Shown: piece by piece, positions 9,124-18,900 of the stretch
Layout of the letters: each line of letters opens with the position of its first letter
Numbering within the stretch: position 1 is the first letter of the stretch
Source of the DNA: Candidatus Latescibacterota bacterium
GTDB lineage: Bacteria; Latescibacterota; UBA2968; UBA8231
DNA: 64,000 bases
Reading direction: 5' to 3'
Assembly (NCBI GenBank): GCA_965248355.1
Contig: OZ252098.1
Location: 2,432,001-2,496,000 of the forward strand
Notes under the pieces: generated by a model
What the model was told of the DNA's origin: nothing
The model's input: only the letters and a program-made list of their open reading frames with translations
Databases searched by the model: none
Translations under genes and position numbers: made by a program

Positions 9124-10653
9124 TCAAGGGGCGTAGAAGTTGCGCGACCCGTACTGGAAGAAGATGGCGCGGCGGTCCTGCTCCCCGGTCCAGGGGTAGG
9201 CGCCGTGGGTCTGGGCCGAGGCCAGGAAGAACAGGACGTCCCCCGCCTCCATCTCCACGTGGCGCACGAGCCCCAGCTCGTCCTCGCAGGTGAGCAGGCC
9301 GTCGGGCGCGCGGTAGCGGGCCTTGTGGCTTCCGGGGACGCAGACGAAGCCGCCGTCGGCGGCGGTCACGTCGCGCAACTGCCAGGCGACGTTGAGGACC
9401 TCGGCGTAGACGCGGCCGTTGCGCTGCCGGTAGTGGGCGCTCACCCTCGGCGGCCCCCCGCCGGCATGCAGCAGGTGCCCGGAGGAGCCCTTGCCGAAGA
9501 GGAAGCTGGTGCACAGCGCGGCCTCGTAGCCGCTGCCCATCATCCAGTTGAGCCGCTGCACCAGGGCGGGGTCGGCGATCATGCGCTGAAAGGGCTCCCC
9601 GTGGGGCGCGGGCAGCTTCCAGGGGTTGCCCAGGGACAACCGGTGGCCGCCGGTCCCGGCCAGCCGCGTGGAGTGCCCGGCCGCCGACCCGCCCCTCTTC
9701 GGACTGGAGTTGGCATGGGCATCGATCGCCTCGTCGGCGGCGGCGAGCCACTCGGCGTCCATGACGCCGCGCACCACGAGGTGGCCGCACAGGTCCCAGT
9801 GGAAAAACTCCTTCTCGTCGATGCCGCAGGCCTCGTCGCGGGTGTAGATCGAGGGGTGGTGGACGCCCCCCTCCTCCTCGAGCCAGGCTCGCTCGCCGTC
9901 GGACATCACCACCGGCGGCGGGTACGGCCGGTCCGGGTTGTGGACCAGGGCCCGCTGCTCCGGCGTCAGCGACGCCCTCCACTCCTCGTTGCCGTCGTCC
10001 TGACCGCGGATCTCGGAGCCGGCCGAGGGGCGCACGTTGGAGCTCACGTAGCCGCAGGACAGCAGTCTCCGGGGTCCCTGCCCCCGCCAGGGCCGCAGGC
10101 CGCTCAGGAGCGATGCGGCGCAGATCATCAGGTCGCCGGCCCGCAGCGCCGGCTGCCTCACCAGCCCCATGTCGTCGGCGCCGGTCACCAGGTCCCGCGG
10201 AGTCTCCACGGAGCTGTTGTGGCTGGCGGGCACGACCACGAGGCCGCCGTCCCCCTCGGCGGCGTCGGCCAGGGCCCAGACGACGCGCACGGCGCGACTG
10301 AGGGACTCCCGGCGCTCGCCGTAGGCCCGCGACCAGTCCAGGGGCTCGCCGCCGCCGGACAGGGCGGTGCCGCCCGCCTCGGCGCCCACCCCCAGCAGGC
10401 GCGGGGACTCGTCGATGCGGAACTTGCCGCAGATCTGCTCCAGGTAGCCGGCGAGCACCGGGTGGTGGCGCAGGGCCAGCAGCGGCGCGCCGGCGGGCTC
10501 CGACCAGCGCAGCGGACCCTCCACGGGCCCGAGGCGGTCGAGGGCCCGGTTGCAGGCGGTCAGCTCCGCCGAAGTCAGCACGCCGGGCAGGACCAGGTAT
10601 CCGCCCACGTCGAGCTGGTAGCGCTCCTCCTCCGTCAGCTTCCGTTCCTCCAT
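9124..10653 (-). CDS. Phytanoyl-CoA dioxygenase (PhyH) family protein with two tandem domains
   Basis: Two copies of the 'GYLVLPGVL / GHLVVRGVM ... DGGxVxVPxSH ... AGD' architecture. Confidence 0.85.
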   Translation of the reverse strand: MEERKLTEEERYQLDVGGYLVLPGVLTSAELTACNRALDRLGPVEGPLRWSEPAGAPLLALRHHPVLAGYLEQICGKFRIDESPRLLGVGAEAGGTALSGGGEPLDWSRAYGERRESLSRAVRVVWALADAAEGDGGLVVVPASHNSSVETPRDLVTGADDMGLVRQPALRAGDLMICAASLLSGLRPWRGQGPRRLLSCGYVSSNVRPSAGSEIRGQDDGNEEWRASLTPEQRALVHNPDRPYPPPVVMSDGERAWLEEEGGVHHPSIYTRDEACGIDEKEFFHWDLCGHLVVRGVMDAEWLAAADEAIDAHANSSPKRGGSAAGHSTRLAGTGGHRLSLGNPWKLPAPHGEPFQRMIADPALVQRLNWMMGSGYEAALCTSFLFGKGSSGHLLHAGGGPPRVSAHYRQRNGRVYAEVLNVAWQLRDVTAADGGFVCVPGSHKARYRAPDGLLTCEDELGLVRHVEMEAGDVLFFLASAQTHGAYPWTGEQDRRAIFFQYGSRNFYAP

Positions 10654-10734
10654 CAGACGATCCCTCCCCTCCTTCGTGGGCCGGTCCTCCGCCCTCTGGC
10701 GGAGCCGGAGCCTGTACGCGAGACTTGGTAATCT

Positions 10735-10992
10735 ATGTCGGATTTCGACCTCGGACTCCAGCGCATCGTCGACGGCCAGGGCCTGCCCATCGCCATGGCG
10801 GGCATGACCATCGTCTTCACGGCGCTGCTCCTCATCAGCCTCTTCATCGCCCTGCTGCCCCGCATCCTGGCGGCGGTGGCCACGCGGTTCCCGGAATCGG
10901 TGCCCCACGCGCCCCTCCGGGTCGAGCCGCCGAGGGAGGACCTGGCCGCCGTCGCCGCCGCGGCCTGGGCCTACACCCGAACCCGGGCCTGA
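10735..10992 (+). CDS. oadG: Na+-translocating decarboxylase gamma subunit (OadG family)
   Basis: Single TM segment 'GMTIVFTALLLISLFI', Pro-rich linker, 'LAAVAAAA'; directly upstream of oadB. Confidence 0.8.
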   Translation: MSDFDLGLQRIVDGQGLPIAMAGMTIVFTALLLISLFIALLPRILAAVATRFPESVPHAPLRVEPPREDLAAVAAAAWAYTRTRA

Positions 10993-11002
10993 AGCCGGCG
11001 CC

Positions 11003-12130
11003 ATGAGCGTCCTCTTCGAGTTCCTCGGCACCACGGGGTTCGCCACCATGACCTGGGGCAACGTCCTCATGGTCGTGATCGGCCTGATCTTCATCACCCT
11101 GGCGATCACCAAGGACTACGAGCCGCTGCTGCTGCTGCCCATCGGCTTCGGCGCCATCGTCGGCAACATCGCCTCGATCCCGAGCATGGCCGTCGGCGTC
11201 TACGACGAGGGCAGCGTCCTCTACTACCTGTACTTCGGCGTCAGCCAGGGCATCTACCCGCCGCTGATCTTCCTCGGCATCGGGGCCATGACCGACTTCT
11301 CCACCATGCTCTCCAACCCGCGGCTGGTGCTGCTCGGGGCCGCCGCCCAGGTGGGCATCTTCCTGACCCTCCTGGGCGCCCTCTACCTCGGCTTCACCCC
11401 CGAGGAGGCGGGCGCCATCGGCATCATCGGCGGCGCCGACGGACCGACGGCGATCTTTCTGTCGGCCAAGCTCGCCCCGCACCTGATCAGCGCCATCGCC
11501 ATCGCCGCCTATTCCTACATGGCCCTGGTGCCCGTCATCCAGCCGCCGGTCATGCGCCTGCTGACGACGCGCAAGGAGCGCCTCATCCGCATGCCGCCGC
11601 CGCGCCAGGTGTCGCGCCGGGAGCGCATCGTCTTCCCCATCGCCGCCTTCCTCATCGCCGCCGTCATCGCCCCCGGCTCGCTGGCCCTGGTGGGCATGCT
11701 GATGTTCGGCAACCTGCTGAAGGAGAGCGGCGTCACCGAGCGCCTGGCGGAGACGGCGCGCCACGCCTTCGTGGACACCGTCACCATCCTCCTCGGGTTC
11801 TCGGTGGGGGCCAGCACCCAGGCCCAGGTCTTCCTCACGCCCCAGTCGGTGCTGATCTTCGGCCTCGGCGCCCTCTCCTTCGCCATGGCCACCGCCGGCG
11901 GCGTGCTCTTCGCCAAGTTCCTCAACCTGTTCACCGAGAACAAGATCAACCCCCTCGTCGGCGCCGCGGGCGTGTCGGCCGTTCCCGACTCGGCGCGCGT
12001 GGTCCAGATGCTGGGCCACCAGGAGGATCCCCACAACCACCTGCTGATGCACGCCATGGCCCCGAACGTGGCCGGCGTCATCGGCTCGGCCATCTGCGCC
12101 GGCATCCTGTGGTCGGTCATGGTGAAGTGA
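11003..12130 (+). CDS. oadB: Na+-translocating decarboxylase beta subunit
   Basis: 'EPLLLLPIGFG', 'GIIGGADGPTAI', 'AAYSYMALVP', 'HAMAPNVAGVIGS'. Confidence 0.95.
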   Translation: MSVLFEFLGTTGFATMTWGNVLMVVIGLIFITLAITKDYEPLLLLPIGFGAIVGNIASIPSMAVGVYDEGSVLYYLYFGVSQGIYPPLIFLGIGAMTDFSTMLSNPRLVLLGAAAQVGIFLTLLGALYLGFTPEEAGAIGIIGGADGPTAIFLSAKLAPHLISAIAIAAYSYMALVPVIQPPVMRLLTTRKERLIRMPPPRQVSRRERIVFPIAAFLIAAVIAPGSLALVGMLMFGNLLKESGVTERLAETARHAFVDTVTILLGFSVGASTQAQVFLTPQSVLIFGLGALSFAMATAGGVLFAKFLNLFTENKINPLVGAAGVSAVPDSARVVQMLGHQEDPHNHLLMHAMAPNVAGVIGSAICAGILWSVMVK

Positions 12131-12131
12131 T

Positions 12132-14063
12132 ATGACGAAGAAGGTCACATTCATGTGCACCGCCTTCCGCGACGGATTCCAGTCCGTGTACGGAGCGCGT
12201 GTGCTCACGCCCGATTTCCTTCCCGCCCTGGAGGCCGCCCGCGAGGCCGGCATCGACTACTTCGAGGCCGGCGGCGGGGCCCGCTTCCAGTCCCTCTACT
12301 TCTACTGCAACGAGGACGCCTTCGACATGATGGACGCCTTCCGGGAGACCGCCGGCCCGGAGGCGAACCTGCAGACCCTGTCGCGGGGCGTGAGCGTGGT
12401 CGGCCTCGACTCGCAGCCGAGCGACATCATCCGGCTCCACGCCGACCTCTTCGCCCGCCACGGCATGACCACGATCCGCAACTTCGACGCCCTCAACGAC
12501 GTGGACAACCTGGTCCACTCGGGGCGCTGCATCGTCGAGGCCGGCCTCAAGCACCAGGTCTGCGTCACCATGATGGCCCTGCCGCCGGGATGCCGCGGCG
12601 CCCACGACCCGGCCTTCTATACGGGGACCTTGCGCAAGATCCTCGACGCCGGGATCCCCTTCGACTCGGTCTGCTTCAAGGACGCCTCCGGCACGGCGGT
12701 GCCGGCCACCGTCTTCGAGACCATCGTGCAGGCCCGGCGCCTGCTGCCCGAGGGCACCTTCATCCACTTCCACACCCACGAGACCGCCGGCATCTCGGTG
12801 CAGGCCTACAACGCCGCCCTCGACGCCGGCGCCGACGCCATCGACCTGTCCCTGGCGCCGGTCTCGGGCGGCACCTGCCAGCCCGACGTGCTCGTCATGT
12901 GGCACGCCCTGCGCGACACCGAGTACGACCTGGGCATCGACGTGGACAAGGTCCGGGAGGCGGAAGAGGTCTTCAAGGAATGCATGCGCGACTACTACCT
13001 GCCCCCCGAGGCGGTGGCCGTGGAGCCCATGATCCCCTGGAGCCCCATGCCCGGGGGCGCCCTGACGGCCAACACCCAGATGCTGCGCGACAACGGCATC
13101 ATGGATCGCTACCCGGAGATGATCCGCGCCATGGGCGAGGTCGTCGAGCGCGGCGGCTTCGGCACCTCGGTGACGCCCGTCTCCCAGTTCTACTTCCAGC
13201 AGGCCTTCAACAACGTCATCCTCGGCCCGTGGGAGCGCATCGCCGACGACTACGGCCGCATGGTCCTGGGGTACTTCGGCAAGACCCCGGTGCCGCCCGA
13301 TCCCGAGGTCGTCGCCCTGGCCCGCGAGCAGTTGGGCCTGCAGCCCACCGACCGGCCGCCCCTGGAGCTGGACGACGCCAACCCGAAGAAGGGCGCCGGC
13401 CCCGCCCGCCAGCGGCTGGCTTCCGAGGGGCTGAAGACCACGGACGAGAACATCTTCATCGCCGCCGCCTGCGGCGACAAGGGCATCGCCTTCCTCAAGG
13501 GCGAGGCCGAGTTGGGGATCCGCAAGCTCGACGGTGCGGCGCCGGAGCCGGCTCGCGCTGCACCTGCGCCAGCGGCGGCGGCCCCGGCGCTCGCACCGGC
13601 ACCATCCACACCGCCCCCGGCACCCGCTCCTGAAGGGCCGGCGTCCTACTCCGTCAAGGTGGAGGGCCGCTCCTACACGGTCGTCGTCGACGGGGACCGC
13701 GTGCGGGTGGGGGACAAGACCTACGACGTGACCGCGGACGAAGGCGGTCAGCCCGGGGCGGCCGAGAGCGCGCCCGCCCCGGCGGCCGCCGCCCCGGCGG
13801 AGGGCACGGCACCCCCCGCCGCGCCCAGCGCCGCCGGGAGCGACACGGTGCCCGTGGAGTCGCACATGCCCGGCAAGGTGGTGCGCATCGTCGCCGAGCC
13901 CGGAACCGTGGTCGGCGACGGCGACACTGTGCTCATGATCGAGGCCATGAAGATGGAGGTGCCCGTGGCCTCGCCCGTGAGCGGCACCGTCGTCTCGGTG
14001 GCGGTTTCGGCGGGAGACCAGGTCGCCGAGTCGCAGGTGCTGGCCGCGGTGCGGCCGGACTGA
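12132..14063 (+). CDS. oadA: Oxaloacetate decarboxylase alpha / pyruvate carboxylase B-type carboxyltransferase with biotinyl domain
   Basis: 'FRDGFQS', 'CFKDASG', 'HFHTH', 'MPGG', 'VTPVSQ', Pro/Ala linkers, biotin motif EAMKME. Confidence 0.9.
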   Translation: MTKKVTFMCTAFRDGFQSVYGARVLTPDFLPALEAAREAGIDYFEAGGGARFQSLYFYCNEDAFDMMDAFRETAGPEANLQTLSRGVSVVGLDSQPSDIIRLHADLFARHGMTTIRNFDALNDVDNLVHSGRCIVEAGLKHQVCVTMMALPPGCRGAHDPAFYTGTLRKILDAGIPFDSVCFKDASGTAVPATVFETIVQARRLLPEGTFIHFHTHETAGISVQAYNAALDAGADAIDLSLAPVSGGTCQPDVLVMWHALRDTEYDLGIDVDKVREAEEVFKECMRDYYLPPEAVAVEPMIPWSPMPGGALTANTQMLRDNGIMDRYPEMIRAMGEVVERGGFGTSVTPVSQFYFQQAFNNVILGPWERIADDYGRMVLGYFGKTPVPPDPEVVALAREQLGLQPTDRPPLELDDANPKKGAGPARQRLASEGLKTTDENIFIAAACGDKGIAFLKGEAELGIRKLDGAAPEPARAAPAPAAAAPALAPAPSTPPPAPAPEGPASYSVKVEGRSYTVVVDGDRVRVGDKTYDVTADEGGQPGAAESAPAPAAAAPAEGTAPPAAPSAAGSDTVPVESHMPGKVVRIVAEPGTVVGDGDTVLMIEAMKMEVPVASPVSGTVVSVAVSAGDQVAESQVLAAVRPD

Positions 14064-14143
14064 GGGCGGCGAAGCGTCAGGGGCAGTACGTGCAGACTCG
14101 CGGCTCTCCTGCCAAGCCTGGCTCGCTGATCGTCGAGATCCAA

Positions 14144-14362
14144 GTGGCAAGCGAAACCCCTCAATACCGTCATTCAGTTAGTGCGCAAGGGCGAAGTGAG
14201 AGTATCTGCCCATGGATACGATGAGATTGCGGCGGAGCCGGGCAAGCGATTCACATTGTGTGGGGCATCCCGGCTGGACATGCCTCACCCGCCGTTGTAG
14301 TGACGGCCTATCGCCCCAATACACAGGATTGGGCGGAAGGTTACATGAGGAGGCGAACATGA
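14144..14362 (+). pseudogene. DUF4258-like putative toxin, frameshifted and internally deleted
   Basis: N-terminal 'VIQLVRKGEVRVSAHGYDEIAAE' abuts, in another frame, C-terminal 'GQAIHIVWGIPAGHASPAVVVTAYRPNTQDWAEGYMRRRT*'. The central part is missing. The stop overlaps the next ATG (ATGA). Confidence 0.65.
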
Positions 14363-14574
14363 CGAGCAGAGCGACTACGAGACTGGTGCGCGCCGGCGAG
14401 TACGCTGCTGAGGTAGAGGTGGAGCTGATCGAAGGGGACGCCGGATGGCCGCCCTATCTGTCGGTGGGAGACGCCGAGAAGCTTGATGATGTCCGCGAGG
14501 CTCTAAAGGTCGGTGACTTGGAGCATGCGGCTCAAATGGCTCGGGTGTTCCGCCTTACCCCCATTGAGGCGTAG
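14359..14574 (+). CDS. Small conserved protein, putative antitoxin partner of the DUF4258 remnant
   Basis: MTSRATTRLVRAGEYAAEVEVELIE...WPPYLS...KLDDVREAL; AGGAGG RBS; coupled to the upstream remnant. Confidence 0.65.
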   Translation: MTSRATTRLVRAGEYAAEVEVELIEGDAGWPPYLSVGDAEKLDDVREALKVGDLEHAAQMARVFRLTPIEA

Positions 14575-14669
14575 CACAGTGACCGGTTTCTCGCCGCGCA
14601 GACCTGACGGTCCGGCGATTGCGCCCGATCCGTCTCCCCGATCCGAGCGAGCTCGCGGCGGGTTGACGG

Positions 14670-16758
14670 TCAGATCACACCGAAGAGATAGGCGATCTTG
14701 CTGAACGCCGCCTTGGTGCGATCGTGATCCCGAACGAGTACCAGGTAGAAGTGACTCTCCGGGGTGAACTCGTAGTCGAAGACCGTGTTGAGGTTGTCCC
14801 TCGTCGAGTCGTCCATCTGCTCGATGGCTCGCTCGTGGAACAGCCGAAGACCGACGCGGCGGGTGAACTGGTAGTTGGTCGTCGTGCGCAGGACGAGCGT
14901 CTCCCGCCGGCCGCGCCAGTCGAAACGGTCGGCAGCCAGGCTGATCGTCAGCCGGCGAAACAGGTTGGCCCTGGCGTCCAGACTGCCAAACCAGGTGAAG
15001 GCACCCTGACGAGTACCCATCTGGTTGTAGACACTGACGAAACCCCATGTCGAGGTGTATTCGAGGATGGCCCCGGCGAACCGGGTGTTCCAGAGGCGTC
15101 CGGCTGCCCGCAGTTGTCCGACCCGGGCCCGGGAGAAGAAGCCGAAGCGGCCTACATCGAGCGATCCCTCGGCCTGGGCATACTGCTGGCGCAGAAGACC
15201 GGTCTCGTCCGTCTGCCGAAACACCCGTCCGCGAAGCAGGAGGGCATTCAGTGTGCTGCCTTCTGGAGTAGGTGTCGAGGAAGGCAAAGGTGCCCCGGGC
15301 GCGGCGGTATGCCTCGTCCTCCAGACCGGTCTCGTTGGGCCGGAACCCTGCGCGGATCTCTTCGAGTTCCACGAAGCCACTGAAGCCCGACTGGTTGCGC
15401 CAGTTGGTCGAGGCGTGATAGGCGTAGTGGTGGCTGCCGCCGGCGGAGTTGCCCACGAACTGGCCCGTGGCCGTCCAGTCGCGCCCCAGACCGACCCGGC
15501 CGTTGAGGGACAGGAGGCCCACGTCCCGGTCGTCTTGGTGCTTGTGGACCGCCATGGCGCCGATGACGGTGCGCTCGCCGATGTCGCGGTTGAGGCGCAG
15601 GTTGACGAGGTTGGCGCGCCGCTTGGCATCGCCGTCGTAGCGGTCGATGACCTTGCCGTAGGTGTTCAGGGCGGCCCACGTGTACCCGCCCGTTTTTCCC
15701 GTGGCCTTGACGCCCAGATCGATCTCCTGCACCCGCCGCGTGTAGAACAGGCGCAGGGGCAGATCGAAGAGTTCCGCTCCGTCGCGGAAGAAGGGCCGGC
15801 GTTCGGGCAGGGACAGCTCGCGGTCGTCGTTGACGTTGATCAGCGTCGGGTCGCTCTCCAGTTGCGAGAAGTCCGGGAACACCGTCAGGTTGCCGATCAG
15901 GCGGCCCGAGGGCTGGTAGATCAGGTCGACGCCGGCGTCTCCATCGTCGGGGCGGCCCTGGAGAGCGCGGTAGCTGGCGTAGGGCAGGAGATCCAGGCGG
16001 GCCGTCCCTGTTGCGGCCGGAATCAGCTCGAGTCCCCGCAGCTCGCCGAACTCGGATACGCTGCCGAAGGCACCGCCCGTGTCGGACCAGGAGTAGGACT
16101 CCTTGTCGATGGGGCGGGCCCTCCAGAAGTTCACACCCCAGGTCGTGATTTCCTCATCGTATTGCAGCTCCGCCAACGGTATGGCGAGCTCGGCGGTCCA
16201 GTGATCCGGGTGCTTCTGCACCTCCGCCTCCCACGAGGCATCCCAGGCAAAGGTGAAGGAGCTCTCGTTGCTGATGCGCTGGTCCATCTGGGTCGCCAGG
16301 GTGTTGATGCCGAAGACGTAGGCATTGCGGCGGTCGTGGTAGGTGTCGAAGACGACCTCGACGGCGTCGTCGGTCCAGATCCGGGTGTCGCGTCGGGTCA
16401 GGGTTTCCCGGAGCCGGGTCATGTCCGGCTCCCAGCATCGAAAGCCTACATAGATCGCTGCGGCATCGTAGAGGACGAATGCCTCCGTGCGGAGCCGTGC
16501 GGGCATGCCGCGAGTCTGCTGGGCGCGGAAGAAGTCGCCGGCCACCTCGGCTCTCTGCCAGGCCGGCTCGGAGAGGTGGCCGTCGATGCGCGGCGGCTGA
16601 TCGACGCGCAGGGCCGTTACGGTGCGCGAAGGCGTTTCCGCCGATTCAGCGGGCGTCGGGAGGGCTGCAAGGAGAAAGGCCCAGCATGCGGCCAGCGCGA
16701 TGGGCAACCGGGCAGCGCTCCAAACGCCTCGCGAAGACTCTGAAGAGGACGGGACCAT
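14670..16758 (-). pseudogene. CBM9-like + DUF5916 outer-membrane protein with one frameshift near 15270 (pseudogene or sequence error)
   Basis: Signal peptide, 'PRIDGHLSEPAW', 'FDTYHDRRNAYVF', 'ERRPFF'. The reading frame switches from '...AFLDTY' to 'PEGSTLNALLL...KIAYLFGVI*'. Confidence 0.75.
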
Positions 16759-16987
16759 GTCCCCAATGGCTATGCGCGGACCTGCTACAATGGCAACAGG
16801 TAATTCGGCTCCATCAGGCCGCGCCCCACCGGCCCGCAAGAAGTGGCCCAGGCCCTCAGGACCGTCAGAGAACAGGTAGCCGCTGGCTCGGTTCCTCCCG
16901 GACCCTGCGACCCAGCGCTCGGCGAATGGTTGCCACTGTTCACACGAGCACATACCTTCCCACAACCAGCAGATACTCGCGATTTCC

Positions 16988-17022
16988 CGAACCAACTGTT
17001 CGCCTATTGGACAGTTATGCGG
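16988..17022 (+). other. Putative integron insertion site (attI-like or residual R' core) at the head of the cassette array
   Basis: GTTATGCGG (17014-17022) is the exact reverse complement of CCGCATAAC at the end of the first cassette. It is preceded by CGAAC-N5-GTTCG. Confidence 0.5.
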
Positions 17023-17098
17023 CATGGGGGTTTTAGGGGCGATTGGCGGTGCCAGAGGGCACTAAGACCGTGGTGACTACACAGAGGACCAACCATCG

Positions 17099-17479
17099 AT
17101 GGAGACTGAACTTATTGCCGAAGATCGGGAATTCCTACAGAGCCTGGAAGAAGAATTGTGGCGAGAGGAAACGCGTTTCGACTTATCGAGAATGGAGAAA
17201 GTCATCGCCGAGGACTTCTTCGAGTTTGGAAGGTCTGGGCGTATCTACCAGCGCGCCGACACGCTTTCGGTACCTTCAACATCCATAGAAGCGGTGATTC
17301 CGCTTCCAGACTTTGATGCGCGTCTTCTTTCTGAAGGTGTCGCCCAGGTAACGTACAATAGTGTCGTCACCTACGGCGAAAATATCGAGGAGGCACGAAG
17401 GAGCTCAATCTGGACACGGTCGTCTGGTGGTTGGAAGCTGAGGTTCCATCAAGGGACACCATTTTCGAGTGACGATTGA
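17099..17479 (+). CDS. DUF4440 / NTF2-like protein (gene cassette 1)
   Basis: 'EDFFEFGRSGRIY', 'RRSSIW...WKLRFHQGT'; lower GC than the flanks. Confidence 0.85.
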   Translation: METELIAEDREFLQSLEEELWREETRFDLSRMEKVIAEDFFEFGRSGRIYQRADTLSVPSTSIEAVIPLPDFDARLLSEGVAQVTYNSVVTYGENIEEARRSSIWTRSSGGWKLRFHQGTPFSSDD

Positions 17480-17570
17480 GCGAGCTTCTCAATTTGTCCT
17501 CAATCTTCGGTAAAAGTGCAGAAGTTGCTGTGCTGTCAGGATCCTCTTGGGTCCCAAAACCCCCACGTCC

Positions 17571-17655
17571 GCATAACACGACCGTGCGTGGCTCGGCGTA
17601 TTCGCGCCTCCGCCCAACTGCCTGCGGCAGTTCGCGCACAGCGGGAACGTTAGGC
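17571..17655 (+). mobile_element. Integron attC site 1
   Basis: R'' GCATAAC ... R' GTTAGGC with imperfect inverted arms and an internal hairpin AACTGCC-TGC-GGCAGTT. Confidence 0.8.
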
Positions 17656-18044
17656 GAAAGCGAAGGAACTTGGTTAGATTGTGATCAAATCGTGAGTGTC
17701 GGCTGGGCGGGGGTGGCGTCGAACAGGGCGGGAGAGGGGAGCATGGGTGGACTCGAGATCGTCGGGCAAGAGGGGCTCACACAGAGAGATGGATCATGTC
17801 CTTGCTACGTGATTCGCCACCGTCCGTCGGGCGAGGGAATCGTAGGTTCGGAGGCTGTGGTCCTCAGGTTGGTTTTCGACCCAGAGCACTGGTCGGTGGC
17901 GCCGTCCGGCTATGGGTATTTTTCGGACTTTGCATCCCGAGAAGCACGGGGCCGAGGGAGTGTCGAGCGGAGCGCCAGACGGCCACCCCGCCCCCCGAGC
18001 CCGCAAGGGTTGCCCTCTTCGACCCGGATGCAAGGTAGGCCATC

Positions 18045-18126
18045 GCCTAACACCCGTGCCCCCGGCTCGGGCCCCTGCGGCCCTCGCTCAACCGCTTCGC
18101 GGTTCGGGGGCACGAAAACGTTAGGT
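18045..18126 (+). mobile_element. Integron attC site 2
   Basis: R'' GCCTAAC ... R' GTTAGGT, perfect arm CGTGCCCCCG/CGGGGGCACG, internal hairpin AACCGC-TTC-GCGGTT. Confidence 0.85.
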
Positions 18127-18195
18127 GTTTGATGGGTCAGCTTTCAGGTTTCACCTATCGACAGGTGATCCGAAAAGTGTGAGATTGAGGGGCCG

Positions 18196-18717
18196 GTGAT
18201 TGTTCGAATATCAGATAGACTTGGAAAGAAGATTGATCTGAGCCCGGACAGGGTTCTTCCCGCCGATCCCAATCCTTTCGCCGACTGGTCGTCCCACTTG
18301 TTTACGGCCGACCGAACTCAATACATCCTGATTTCCAACACGGCATCCCTCTACTCCATGGTGATGTTTGGCAGAGGTATGACCGATGATTGTCGGTTCT
18401 TGGATCGGATTACGGGCTACATGGGTGAATTCCTTCGAGCAGATGACCACGGATTCATCTTCGAGCGGTTGATCATACCCTGGCTCGAACGAGTGAGCTT
18501 CTCCAAGGCACTCAACCGATCCGTAATTGGTTCAATGAACGATCTCGTCTTCCAAGCTCAGCTTCATTTGATCGAAGGTGTCATGTCGCCGTTTGATGTA
18601 TCGTTTCGCTTGAATGAAGTACCCCTATCGTATTTGGAGCATGTCACTCCACGAGCGTCCTTTCAGCACCTTGCTGTCCAGGGCACGGAGAAGTCGAAGC
18701 TCGCGAGACCCTCCTAA
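18196..18717 (+). CDS. DUF6933-like protein (gene cassette 3)
   Basis: 'NPFADWSSHLFTADRTQYILISNTASLYS', 'NRSVIGSMNDL'; low GC; follows attC2. Confidence 0.7.
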   Translation: MIVRISDRLGKKIDLSPDRVLPADPNPFADWSSHLFTADRTQYILISNTASLYSMVMFGRGMTDDCRFLDRITGYMGEFLRADDHGFIFERLIIPWLERVSFSKALNRSVIGSMNDLVFQAQLHLIEGVMSPFDVSFRLNEVPLSYLEHVTPRASFQHLAVQGTEKSKLARPS

Positions 18718-18900
18718 AGGATCACGCGAGATTACCGTGCCCCTGGCGTGAGGACAGGGGGCCTTCATAGTCTGGTTCTTGATCGGCTCTCATGCTTCCT
18801 GCGACCGGCTCATACCACGTCTGTAGGCACCCAAACGTCGCATGAGCCGGCGGCCCTCGCAGGACGGACCGTATCAACGCGGGTCGGTCTCGCTTTGGGC

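Noticed and set aside
357..11112. Very long ORFs suggesting fusions (357-3845, 3149-5443, 7994-9982, 9124-11112; likewise 31226-34270)
   Set aside because: The N-terminal extensions are Arg/Gly/Pro-rich off-frame readings over neighbouring genes, a high-GC artefact; internal starts fit better.
16988..17002. CGAAC...GTTCG as a LexA (Cheo) box
   Set aside because: The spacer is 5 nt rather than 4; it is better explained as part of an att site.
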